Positions 26,458 through 34,620 of a DNA stretch of 46,668 nucleotides are shown in pieces. The position numbers and the translations under genes were made by a program. The notes under the pieces were generated by a model, which was not told the origin of the DNA, did no database searches, and saw only the letters and a list, made by a program, of their open reading frames with translations. This stretch comes from an uncultured Candidatus Bathyarchaeia archaeon (GTDB taxonomy: Archaea; Thermoproteota; Bathyarchaeia; Bathyarchaeales; Bathycorpusculaceae). Positions within the stretch are counted from its first letter, which is position 1. Each line of letters starts with the position of its first letter. The stretch spans positions 1,887 to 48,554 of the forward strand of contig CAZNJT010000001.1 of NCBI GenBank assembly GCA_964573475.1, written 5' to 3'.

Positions 26458-27282
26458 TTGGAGGTTTGGAATAACAAGATTCATAAGGCGTTGGGCCATC
26501 CTCTCAGAAGACGCATTATAGAATGCTTGCGAGACAAAAATCTGTCTTTCTCAGAACTAATGAAATGCGCTGAAGTAAGCAATCACGGCATAATTGGTTT
26601 CCATTTGAGAAGCTTGGGAGGTTTAGTCGCACTTGAACCTTCAACAGCGAAATATCATTTGACTGACAGAGGGAAGCTGGCGGGTGAGCTAATTCAGAAT
26701 ATTCGGTTCATAACTTCAAAAGCCGAACGGGACACCAAATTAACCACATATATCCGGGGCCTAAGACTTAGGGACCACGCTGTTCTCTTACACCATACAG
26801 AGGATTTCAAACACAGAATATTGTTTCCGTTCCTAGAAGTGGGGCCATCAAAGGACGAAGCGGTTGCCTATCTTGTATCGGAAAATAAGCTGGATTCGGA
26901 AAAGCGAGAGATCCAGAGATACGGCATAGACCTTGACCGTAAGGACGCGTTTTCAATAATGTCCGCTGACGAATGGTACCTGGAAAAGGGTAAAGCGCAA
27001 GCCGAAACAATCATAGCTAATTGGCTGGCGTTTGTTGAAGAGAAGCAAAAGGCTGGATTCAAAAGAGTACGCGCTGCCGCGGAAATGGAGGTTTTCTTAA
27101 ACTATGCAAAGACTAAGGAGTTATTTAGATATGAACAGTCCTTAGGCAGAGAACTTGCGCTAAACTTATGTGGATTGTGCCTCTACAACATAAATAGACT
27201 TGACGAAAAACAATTCATTCAAGTTATCAACTGTCACGGACACATGATTTCGAAAGACGTCTTTGGAAAAACGACGATATGA
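26458..27282 (+). CDS. ArsR-type HTH fused to a MEDS domain (DcmR-like regulator)
   Basis: HTH ALGHPLRRRIIECLRDKNLSFSELMK...HLRSL. MEDS-like DHAVLLHHTEDFKHRILFPFLEVGPSKDEAVAYLV...RVRAAAEMEVF...GLCLYNINRL. TTG start. Confidence 0.72.
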   Translation: MEVWNNKIHKALGHPLRRRIIECLRDKNLSFSELMKCAEVSNHGIIGFHLRSLGGLVALEPSTAKYHLTDRGKLAGELIQNIRFITSKAERDTKLTTYIRGLRLRDHAVLLHHTEDFKHRILFPFLEVGPSKDEAVAYLVSENKLDSEKREIQRYGIDLDRKDAFSIMSADEWYLEKGKAQAETIIANWLAFVEEKQKAGFKRVRAAAEMEVFLNYAKTKELFRYEQSLGRELALNLCGLCLYNINRLDEKQFIQVINCHGHMISKDVFGKTTI

Positions 27283-27546
27283 CCCTTTTGCTTACCGTTG
27301 ACCATCATGATGGACCAAAAGACAATGCATGAACATCAGCAAAGCAAATTAGCGCGGTTTCGCTGCTACTCGTAGGATGTTTTAGACGTTTCAACCAAAA
27401 TTCAGGAAGAATAACTGTTCTCATTAGAAGCCGAAATTCGAAATCCCCGAAACACTTACAAATTCTGGAGTGATAGGAATTAAAATTAGACAGACCAAGA
27501 AATTATATAGAAGCCCCAGTTCAGCGGATAAGGAGCGAAAAAGCTG

Positions 27547-28614
27547 ATGAAGAAAACTTTGATGTTGAAGGTCGATTCCCAAAACCCGGAACCCTATAAG
27601 ATTCGGATGGCAGCGGACTTTATCAAGAAAGGCGACTTAGTGGCTTTTCCAACAGAAACCGTCTATGGTTTAGGCGCAGATGCGTTGAATCCAAAAGCGG
27701 TTTTGGCTCTTTTTGAGGCGAAAAAGAGGCCGCTTGATAATCCGCCAATAGTGCATGTTGGAAATCCAAAAGATGTATACAATTTAGTCAAAGAGGTTCC
27801 ACCTAAAGCAGAGAGACTTATGGAGACTTTTTGGCCTGGACCTTTAACTTTAATTTTTCAGCGTTCAGAAATTGTGCCAGATGTGACCGTTGCTGGTTTA
27901 GACACCATAGCGATTAGGATGCCTAGACATAATGTTGCCTTGGCTTTGATTAGAGAAAGCGGCTGTCCCATCGCTGCTCCAAGCGCAAATCTCGCTGGAA
28001 AACCAAGTCCAACATTGGCTAAGCATGTTTTAGACGATCTTAACGGAAGGATAGACGCCATTTTAGATGCTGGACCAACCCACATAGGAGTGGAATCCAC
28101 TGTTTTAGACATGACTGTTGATCCGCCGCAAGTTCTGCGTCCAGGGGGAACACCATACGAAGTTTTAAAGAAAGTTCTCGGCAATGTGGAGCTTAATCCT
28201 GTTGCAATTGCCGAAAAAGCCTTGCCAATTGAGAAGGCACGTTCTCCCGGGGTAAAGCATAAGCATTATGCTCCAAATGCGGATGTGATTGTTGTTGAGG
28301 GAGAAGTCTCGGCAATTACGAGAAAAGTGAAAGTGTTGACGGAATTTTACATGCAGAAAGGCTATATCGTCGGCGTTCTTGCAACCGACGAAACTGTAGA
28401 GCACTACAAGGCTGGTGTTGTGAAGTCTCTTGGAAGCAGGAGCGATTTTACGGTCATTGCAAAAAATCTCTTTAGGCTTTTGAGGGAATTCGATTTAGAA
28501 AGTGTTGACGTTATTATTGCCGAGGGTATACCCGCCGAGGGACTCGGTTTAGCTGTTATGAATAGGCTTCGTAAAGCCTCTGGATACAATATTGTCAAGG
28601 CAAGCGGCCACTAG
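27547..28614 (+). CDS. sua5: Threonylcarbamoyl-AMP synthase (Sua5/TsaC, YrdC + Sua5 C-terminal domain)
   Basis: FPTETVYGLGADALN, KKRPLDNPPIVH, APSANLAGKPSP, and a roughly 120-aa Sua5-type C-terminal extension. Confidence 0.92.
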   Translation: MKKTLMLKVDSQNPEPYKIRMAADFIKKGDLVAFPTETVYGLGADALNPKAVLALFEAKKRPLDNPPIVHVGNPKDVYNLVKEVPPKAERLMETFWPGPLTLIFQRSEIVPDVTVAGLDTIAIRMPRHNVALALIRESGCPIAAPSANLAGKPSPTLAKHVLDDLNGRIDAILDAGPTHIGVESTVLDMTVDPPQVLRPGGTPYEVLKKVLGNVELNPVAIAEKALPIEKARSPGVKHKHYAPNADVIVVEGEVSAITRKVKVLTEFYMQKGYIVGVLATDETVEHYKAGVVKSLGSRSDFTVIAKNLFRLLREFDLESVDVIIAEGIPAEGLGLAVMNRLRKASGYNIVKASGH

Positions 28615-28822
28615 AAAATTACGGTGTATTTTCATATGTTTTATCCATTCCAATCCATCTGAAATGATATTTTTCGCGAAAAGATTTTAGCAATTGATTC
28701 TTCTGGTGCTTTAAGAGGCTCTAGCCCCCTTATATAGATTGAATTAAGGCTTGAAATTTGGCTAGATTTTAGGTGTGTTCAGCAATTTTGATAATGGAGA
28801 AACGCACGCTCTATGTGATTGA

Positions 28823-30031
28823 TTATGCCCAAAGGCTTTTTGAACATTCGGTTAAGACATTGTTGTATATGGTCTTTGTCTGCTGAGCAATTTTGTTCCA
28901 ATCATATTTCTCCTGAATTCTCTTGTATGCGTTGTTTCTTAACCAGTTCGCATAGCTATCATCAGTCAAAACCTTTGTTATTCCCCAAGCCAGCGATTCC
29001 GGATTATCTGCGTAAACTTTAACGCCAGTTACGTTATGTTCAACTATCTCCGATAAACCGCCTGTATCTGAAACTACAACTGGGCTTTTTGCAGCCATCG
29101 CCTCAATGGCAACAATTCCAAATGGTTCGAAAAGGGATGGCACGACAGAAACGTCGGCGCATTTCTGCAATTTTTTTAGGGTTTCGTCATCCACGAATCC
29201 TGTGAACATTACTTTGTGGGCGAATCCCATGTTTTTTACGATGTTTGAAAGCTGTTCCTTCATGTAACCGTTGCCCACAATTATGAACTTCGCATTAACT
29301 TTCTCCAAGACCTTTGGGACGGCGTTAACAAGCACGTGAACTCCCTTCTCATGCACCAATCTTCCTACAAAAAGAACAATTTTCTCTTCTGGCAAAGCAA
29401 ACTTGCTTCTAAAACGGCTTAAATCATCATTCCCAATTTTTGCGTATGCTTCAGCATCTACGCCGTTCGGAACCATGACTAGTTTATCTTTGGGAAGCCC
29501 AAAAGCCCATCGGACATGTGAAACCATGTAATCGCTACAGCATATCACCCTCCACGCCTCGTATGTAAGCCATGCCTCTGTTTCATGAATCATCCTCTCA
29601 TAATCAAAATGAATTCCATTCCTACGCCCGATTTCGGTGGAATGCATCGTAGCCAAAAGAGGCTTTCTAAAGACATGCTTTAGGCCGATTCCTGCATTGG
29701 CTACAAGCCAGTCATGAGCATGAAAAACGTCAACCTTTCCATCTAAACTGTTAACGAGAGCAGCTGCCTCCTTCTGCATATTCACATTCATCAAGAAAAC
29801 CCAGGTTGCAAAATCTGGCGAAGGATTCTTGTAAGAATCTATCCTAAAAATTTCTACACCATCAACAACCTCATGTTGAGGTGCTCCAGGAAAATCGCAT
29901 GTAACCACATAGACCTTTATGCCGCTTCTCGCCAAACTTTTTGATAGGTAATAAACGTGGGGGGATATTCCGCCAATAATCCTTGGTGGAAACTCCCATG
30001 AAAGCATCATAACAGTCAATTCGCGAGTCAT
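28823..30031 (-). CDS. GT-B glycosyltransferase, GT4 family (glycogen-synthase-like N-terminus)
   Basis: SWEFPPRIIGGISPHVYYLSKSL, HAHDW, and the E-x7-E motif EPFGIVAIE in the C-terminal Rossmann domain. Confidence 0.88.
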   Translation of the reverse strand: MTRELTVMMLSWEFPPRIIGGISPHVYYLSKSLARSGIKVYVVTCDFPGAPQHEVVDGVEIFRIDSYKNPSPDFATWVFLMNVNMQKEAAALVNSLDGKVDVFHAHDWLVANAGIGLKHVFRKPLLATMHSTEIGRRNGIHFDYERMIHETEAWLTYEAWRVICCSDYMVSHVRWAFGLPKDKLVMVPNGVDAEAYAKIGNDDLSRFRSKFALPEEKIVLFVGRLVHEKGVHVLVNAVPKVLEKVNAKFIIVGNGYMKEQLSNIVKNMGFAHKVMFTGFVDDETLKKLQKCADVSVVPSLFEPFGIVAIEAMAAKSPVVVSDTGGLSEIVEHNVTGVKVYADNPESLAWGITKVLTDDSYANWLRNNAYKRIQEKYDWNKIAQQTKTIYNNVLTECSKSLWA

Positions 30032-30657
30032 TAAGAAGTTTTGCCTCCCGCAACAGTTTGATAAGTTTCTAAAACGTTCTTTATCCAGTTGACAGATTTT
30101 GGCAGAATCACTTTTACCTTTTCTAGTGGAACCTTGTATAACCGATAAGCTTCATCCCGCATCCAATCAGATTTGACAATTAGCTTTTCCGCTTCATACA
30201 TCCCCAGCCACTCGATGCTTTTGATAGCCATGTTGAATGGTGAATTTGCACCATGGGCACGATGTTCTTCTAGGCTTTCCACCGAGTAAATAAACGGTAA
30301 GTTAAGTGCCTTTTTCAAAGTGACCGCAGCTGGTATGAAATGCCAATCATGCACATCCATTAGGTCAACCTGCTTGCCTGTGTTGTAATAGATGTTGGCT
30401 GCTGCCCTTTCAATTTCCTGATTTAAAGTGAGAACCCATGTGAGAACGCCAATATGAGTGCGAACCGGATTCGTTACTCTATAAGTTTTAACACCATCCG
30501 ACTCATCATATCCTCCTGTCAAAAAATCATGATAAGTAACCACATAAGCTTCCACTTTGTTTTTAACAAGTTGCACGGCAAGCTCTCTGACGTAGTCTGC
30601 GAGATGCCCAACTATTCTTGGTGGGTACTCCCATGAGAGAATTATGGCATGCATCAT
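30031..30657 (-). CDS. N-terminal-domain-only paralogue of the adjacent GT4 glycosyltransferase (lacks the nucleotide-sugar domain)
   Basis: SWEYPPRIVGHLADYVRELAVQL and VHDWH mirror the neighbour. The protein ends where the neighbour enters its C-terminal domain (PNGVD). TAATG one-nt overlap with the neighbour's start. Confidence 0.7.
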   Translation of the reverse strand: MMHAIILSWEYPPRIVGHLADYVRELAVQLVKNKVEAYVVTYHDFLTGGYDESDGVKTYRVTNPVRTHIGVLTWVLTLNQEIERAAANIYYNTGKQVDLMDVHDWHFIPAAVTLKKALNLPFIYSVESLEEHRAHGANSPFNMAIKSIEWLGMYEAEKLIVKSDWMRDEAYRLYKVPLEKVKVILPKSVNWIKNVLETYQTVAGGKTS

Positions 30658-30663
30658 CCTTCA

Positions 30664-30990
30664 CTACGTAAAGAGTGCACAGACCTTTATTATTCCGCGC
30701 CCAGTCAAGTAGTACCGTTTTTTCCCCTCGTTGTCCATGAAGCTTTCCACAAAGCCTTCAATTTTATAATTGTCTAGAGTTTTCTCCACTTCGTTTATGT
30801 CGATTTGCAAAACTTGTGCGAGTTCTTCACTTCTTCTGGCTAGGTCCGAGGCTGTTGCACATAGGTTGTGCAATGTTTGCAAGATTTTTTCTGAAAGTGG
30901 CAGTTCTTCCCTCAATGTTTTCACCTTAATTAGCCTTAAACATAGTTTTAGTGAGGTTTTCTTATAAAAGCATGCATAAGCTCGTTTCAA
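30664..30990 (-). CDS. Small winged-helix (MarR/ArsR-like) protein inside the glucan operon
   Basis: ASDLARRSEELAQVLQIDINEVEKTLDNYKIEGFVESF...KRYYLTGRG resembles an HTH plus wing. ATGA overlap with the GH57 stop. Confidence 0.5.
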   Translation of the reverse strand: MKRAYACFYKKTSLKLCLRLIKVKTLREELPLSEKILQTLHNLCATASDLARRSEELAQVLQIDINEVEKTLDNYKIEGFVESFMDNEGKKRYYLTGRGIIKVCALFT

Positions 30991-32570
30991 AAGTATTTGG
31001 TTGCTGTTTGAATTTGTTTGTTTAATTCGTCGAATCTTTCCGTGGCAGTTTTAATTAGCGATTTTCTAAGAATTTCATCTTTCATTTTTGAAAGTCTTAC
31101 CTTCTTTAATTGTTCTGTTAATGTTTTGTCGTGAAGCGAAATTTCTGCCCACTTTTCAAAGTCTCCACGGCTATTGTGAAATTCTAAGGATTTTATGCTG
31201 ATTTTTTGAAAAGCTTGTTTGAACCCTTTTAAGCTCCACGCCATTATCCCTGTAAACTGGTCTTCTCCTACACCAGTATAGAATAGGAATGGTTCGTTTG
31301 CGGCAGCAGTTGCAAGTCTCACTCTATTTTCAAAGTCTAATATTGCAGCTTGTTCTGTTACAAAGGCATCTATTGGAGAGTTGAAAGGGCTAAAATAGGA
31401 GTGAACCTCGCCTGGTGCTCCACCTGCAGTGAACATGTAATAGAGGTGGTCGCTTGTCTGGAAATACCTCCATGTCTTCAAAAAATCTTTATCATCGGCT
31501 TCCTTGACAAGCGGTTCGAGCCTCCTTACGTTTGTGTAGTAAGCCCACTGCATAGTATTTCCAAGCCAACAGCTTGCATCCCTCTCCAAATCAGCCCAAG
31601 AAACTGTTCCTCCAAGTTCGGGAACGTCAATCTCCCCTACTGGCTCATACTTTTCTACAACTTCGGAAGGCGTAACCATGTGTAGATGCCACCATTTCAG
31701 AATTTCCATCGGCAAATGCTTTAAAAAGTCATGTATACCCGTTTCTGGCCAGTGATGTTCACCAAAGGTTTCATAGTCTGGGAAGATGTTGATGCAGTGA
31801 CCAAGTGTTGTTCCAAGCCAACTTGCATATTTATCTGCTGTAAGCGGCCACTCACTCCACCATCTCGCTGAAAACCTAAAACCTATATCATCTGTCAACT
31901 TATAATTTCGCAATAACACTTTGATTTTCTTGCAGCCCTTCGGCGTGTAAAGGTAATTTGGCGATTTTTCATGCAGTATTCTTTCTACACCTTCCGTGAA
32001 AATTCCTTTGTACCCCAGCTTTTCGATTGTTTTTGCTATGGCGTTGTTGTAGAGCAATTCAGTGTTCTCAAAAATTTTGGGCGTATAGCCAAGTAAGTCT
32101 TTCATTGTTTGTTGATGCATTTTCACTTGCTCTGTGAATTCTTCTCTTTCAGGATACAGACTTGCCAGCGAATGGTAATAGGTTTGGCTTAGAAATTCCA
32201 CACACTCGGTTTTTGCAAGTTGTTTGAAGGATTCCAAAAGGTCTTTGCTAAATATCTCGCACTGTTCTAAGAAAACACCTGAAATGCTAAATGAAACTTT
32301 GACTTGCTTTTTCTCCCTTTTGTGTTTATCAATAAGATCAAGCAATATCTGGTTGGATGGGAAATAACATTTTTTACATGCCCTCTTAAAAACCTCCCCA
32401 TTTACTGCGTGGTCAAAATAGTAGTCGAAGAGCTCTTTCTTTTTTAAACGTTTAAAAACTTTGTTTTCCCAAAAGAAAGTCTTTTTTAACCTATAGGGTT
32501 GATGAACCTCAAATACGAATACTATGTCTGTCAAAGCCTCACCTCTATCTACTTTTATCAATGTAAGCAT
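30987..32570 (-). CDS. Glycoside hydrolase family 57 alpha-glucan-active enzyme (AmyC/alpha-amylase-like)
   Basis: GH57 conserved regions VFEVHQPYR, VEFLSQTYYH, ENTELLYN, DYETFGEHHW, QTSDHLYYM. About 527 aa. Confidence 0.88.
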   Translation of the reverse strand: MLTLIKVDRGEALTDIVFVFEVHQPYRLKKTFFWENKVFKRLKKKELFDYYFDHAVNGEVFKRACKKCYFPSNQILLDLIDKHKREKKQVKVSFSISGVFLEQCEIFSKDLLESFKQLAKTECVEFLSQTYYHSLASLYPEREEFTEQVKMHQQTMKDLLGYTPKIFENTELLYNNAIAKTIEKLGYKGIFTEGVERILHEKSPNYLYTPKGCKKIKVLLRNYKLTDDIGFRFSARWWSEWPLTADKYASWLGTTLGHCINIFPDYETFGEHHWPETGIHDFLKHLPMEILKWWHLHMVTPSEVVEKYEPVGEIDVPELGGTVSWADLERDASCWLGNTMQWAYYTNVRRLEPLVKEADDKDFLKTWRYFQTSDHLYYMFTAGGAPGEVHSYFSPFNSPIDAFVTEQAAILDFENRVRLATAAANEPFLFYTGVGEDQFTGIMAWSLKGFKQAFQKISIKSLEFHNSRGDFEKWAEISLHDKTLTEQLKKVRLSKMKDEILRKSLIKTATERFDELNKQIQTATKYF

Positions 32571-32692
32571 TTATTTTTAATTTGCTATGTGGCATACGAC
32601 AATTAGGAAGGTTTATGTTGAATTCAGATTTTTATTCATAATATATTTATCCATTACACCCACATCTTTCCTTAACAAAAAGATGAATCATT

Positions 32693-33277
32693 GTGTCAAT
32701 TGAGAAACTTGAGGTTGAGAACAATCAAGAATTGGAACAAATGATAACAAACGAAATAAACAAAGTCGAAAAGGATCTAACAGTAATCTGCAGTAACCTT
32801 CCAATAACTGACCAGGCAACATTAGATATTTTGTGCCATGACAGCGATGGACAACTTGTTATTGTGCGGTTAAGCGTTAACGAAGACGACATCATGCTTT
32901 TACATGGAATACAAAGCTTGGACTACATTGACAAGTTCAAGTCCTTTTTGAAAGCCACTTACAGCAAACACAAAATCAATGACGCGGAAAAACCACGGCT
33001 AATCTTAATTGCGCCCAGTTTTTCAGACGCATTGCGCCATGCGGTTGAAAGCATGAAAGGTATACGCATCGACTTATACGAGTGGGAATATCTAAAACTC
33101 GGAGACCATAAAGGCCTCCGCCTCCAACCCATTTTTACTTGGGCTTCAACAGAAAAGCCTAAAGAAAAGGAAGAAAAACTAGCAGAGAAAAAACACGAAC
33201 CAGAGTATTTGCGGAACAAACTCTGCAAATATACGAGATGCTTCAACATCGGCAAGAGCAAGGAGAATACAGAGTAG
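32693..33277 (+). CDS. NucS/DUF91-like PD-(D/E)xK-fold protein with apparently degenerate catalytic motif; function unknown
   Basis: LDILCHDSDGQLVIVRLSV and RLILIAPSFSDALRHAVE follow the NucS C-domain pattern, but the E-x-K position reads R-L-S. Lys/Glu-rich tail. GTG start. Confidence 0.4.
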   Translation: MSIEKLEVENNQELEQMITNEINKVEKDLTVICSNLPITDQATLDILCHDSDGQLVIVRLSVNEDDIMLLHGIQSLDYIDKFKSFLKATYSKHKINDAEKPRLILIAPSFSDALRHAVESMKGIRIDLYEWEYLKLGDHKGLRLQPIFTWASTEKPKEKEEKLAEKKHEPEYLRNKLCKYTRCFNIGKSKENTE

Positions 33278-33321
33278 TAGATTTAATGGAAAAATTGACA
33301 AGAACATAAAAAGTGGGATAG

Positions 33322-34551
33322 TTAAGTTTTTCTGGCAGCTGCCTTCTCCAGTGCTACAACACCTGGCAATTTTTTACCCATCAAAAACTCTATTAATGCC
33401 CCCCCAGCAGTGCTGACATAAGAAATCCTGTTGGATAGCCCAAACTCTTGTAAGGCTGCTATTGTGTGTCCTCCTCCAGCAAGAGAAAATGCCTTGGAAT
33501 TCGCAATTTCCTCAAAAATTCTCTTTGTTCCAAAGATGAATTCGCTGTTTTCGAAAACCCCCATGGGTCCACTAACAACAATTGACTTCGCACTTCTTAT
33601 TACTTTGGCATAGTCCTCAACAGTTTTTGCTCCAACGTCGAATATTGGATAATCTATTGGCAGTTCACCAACAGAGATCTCTTTTCTTTTTCCATTTACC
33701 TCTACTGCTAAGTCCTTTGGAGTTTTAATTTTGTCTGGAAACTTTCGCATAAGTTCCTTTATGCCTGAGACTAATTCCATAAGCTCTTTTTTCTCTAAGA
33801 AATCCATGTTCGGTTTTCCAAGGTCAAAGCCCCTTGCCACTAGGAAAACTTGTCCAACAACTCCTCCAGTAAGTACGTAATCGGCTATTCTGTTGTTCAA
33901 CACATACCTTGAAATTTCAAGAGAGTCGTCCGCTTTGGCACCACCGAGGATAAATACACATGATTTTTCCGGGCTCTCTAAGACTTTGCTTAGGGATTTT
34001 AACTCTCTTTCCATTATGCGTCCGGCAGCGCTTTGCAATACAGCTGTGAAGCCTATAATTGAAACGTGTGCTCTGTGGGCTGCGGCAAAAGCGTCGTTTA
34101 CAAACAGGTTGGCTAAGGGAGCGAGGTTTTTTACAAGTTCTGTTTTTGCATGTTCTTCTGGGGTCCCCCCTTTGGTTTCAGCAGCATATGTTCTAACATT
34201 TTCTAAGACGAGGATTTCGCCGCTTTTCAAATTTTTGATTGCATCTTTGGCTTTTTCGCCGAAAACATCATCTACATATTTGACTGGCTTGCCTAGAACT
34301 TTGCTGAGGATTTCAGCATGCTGTTTTAGAGGTATAAAATCTGGGTCACCTTTTCGTCCTTGATGCGCTAAAATTACGACTTTTGCGCCTTTTTCAGCAA
34401 GCTCTTTTATTGTTGTTTCACCGTGCGCTCGAATTCTTGCGTCGTCTATAATTTTTTTGCTTTCTGGATCTACTGGCGAGTTGAAGTCGACTCTGAGAAG
34501 CACAACTTTATCCTTCACTTTTACATCATCTAAAGTTAGATACTTCACCAT
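33322..34551 (-). CDS. pgk: Phosphoglycerate kinase
   Basis: LLRVDFNSPVD, ILAHQGRKGDPDF, C-terminal STAGGALIEFL. About 409 aa. Confidence 0.95.
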   Translation of the reverse strand: MVKYLTLDDVKVKDKVVLLRVDFNSPVDPESKKIIDDARIRAHGETTIKELAEKGAKVVILAHQGRKGDPDFIPLKQHAEILSKVLGKPVKYVDDVFGEKAKDAIKNLKSGEILVLENVRTYAAETKGGTPEEHAKTELVKNLAPLANLFVNDAFAAAHRAHVSIIGFTAVLQSAAGRIMERELKSLSKVLESPEKSCVFILGGAKADDSLEISRYVLNNRIADYVLTGGVVGQVFLVARGFDLGKPNMDFLEKKELMELVSGIKELMRKFPDKIKTPKDLAVEVNGKRKEISVGELPIDYPIFDVGAKTVEDYAKVIRSAKSIVVSGPMGVFENSEFIFGTKRIFEEIANSKAFSLAGGGHTIAALQEFGLSNRISYVSTAGGALIEFLMGKKLPGVVALEKAAARKT

Positions 34552-34620
34552 TTTTTCACCTTTCTTAAAAATAAAAATAGAGGAAAGTTTGCTCTAAATT
34601 TAAACGTTTATGGATTAGAG

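Noticed and set aside
27301-27312. Perfect 12-bp palindrome CCATCATGATGG just downstream of the ArsR-MEDS stop
   Set aside because: A 6+6 palindrome is expected about ten times by chance in a window of this size (one per 4^6 positions). It has no T-tract or second copy, so nothing distinguishes it.
28729-28737. TATA-like CTTATATAG in the 208-nt convergent spacer between sua5 and the GT4 gene; possible orphan promoter or small RNA
   Set aside because: No conserved structure, box motifs or credible ORF lies downstream in either direction. The tracked ORF 28819-29022 is antisense to the GT4 3' end. A/T-rich strings like this are common in the spacers.
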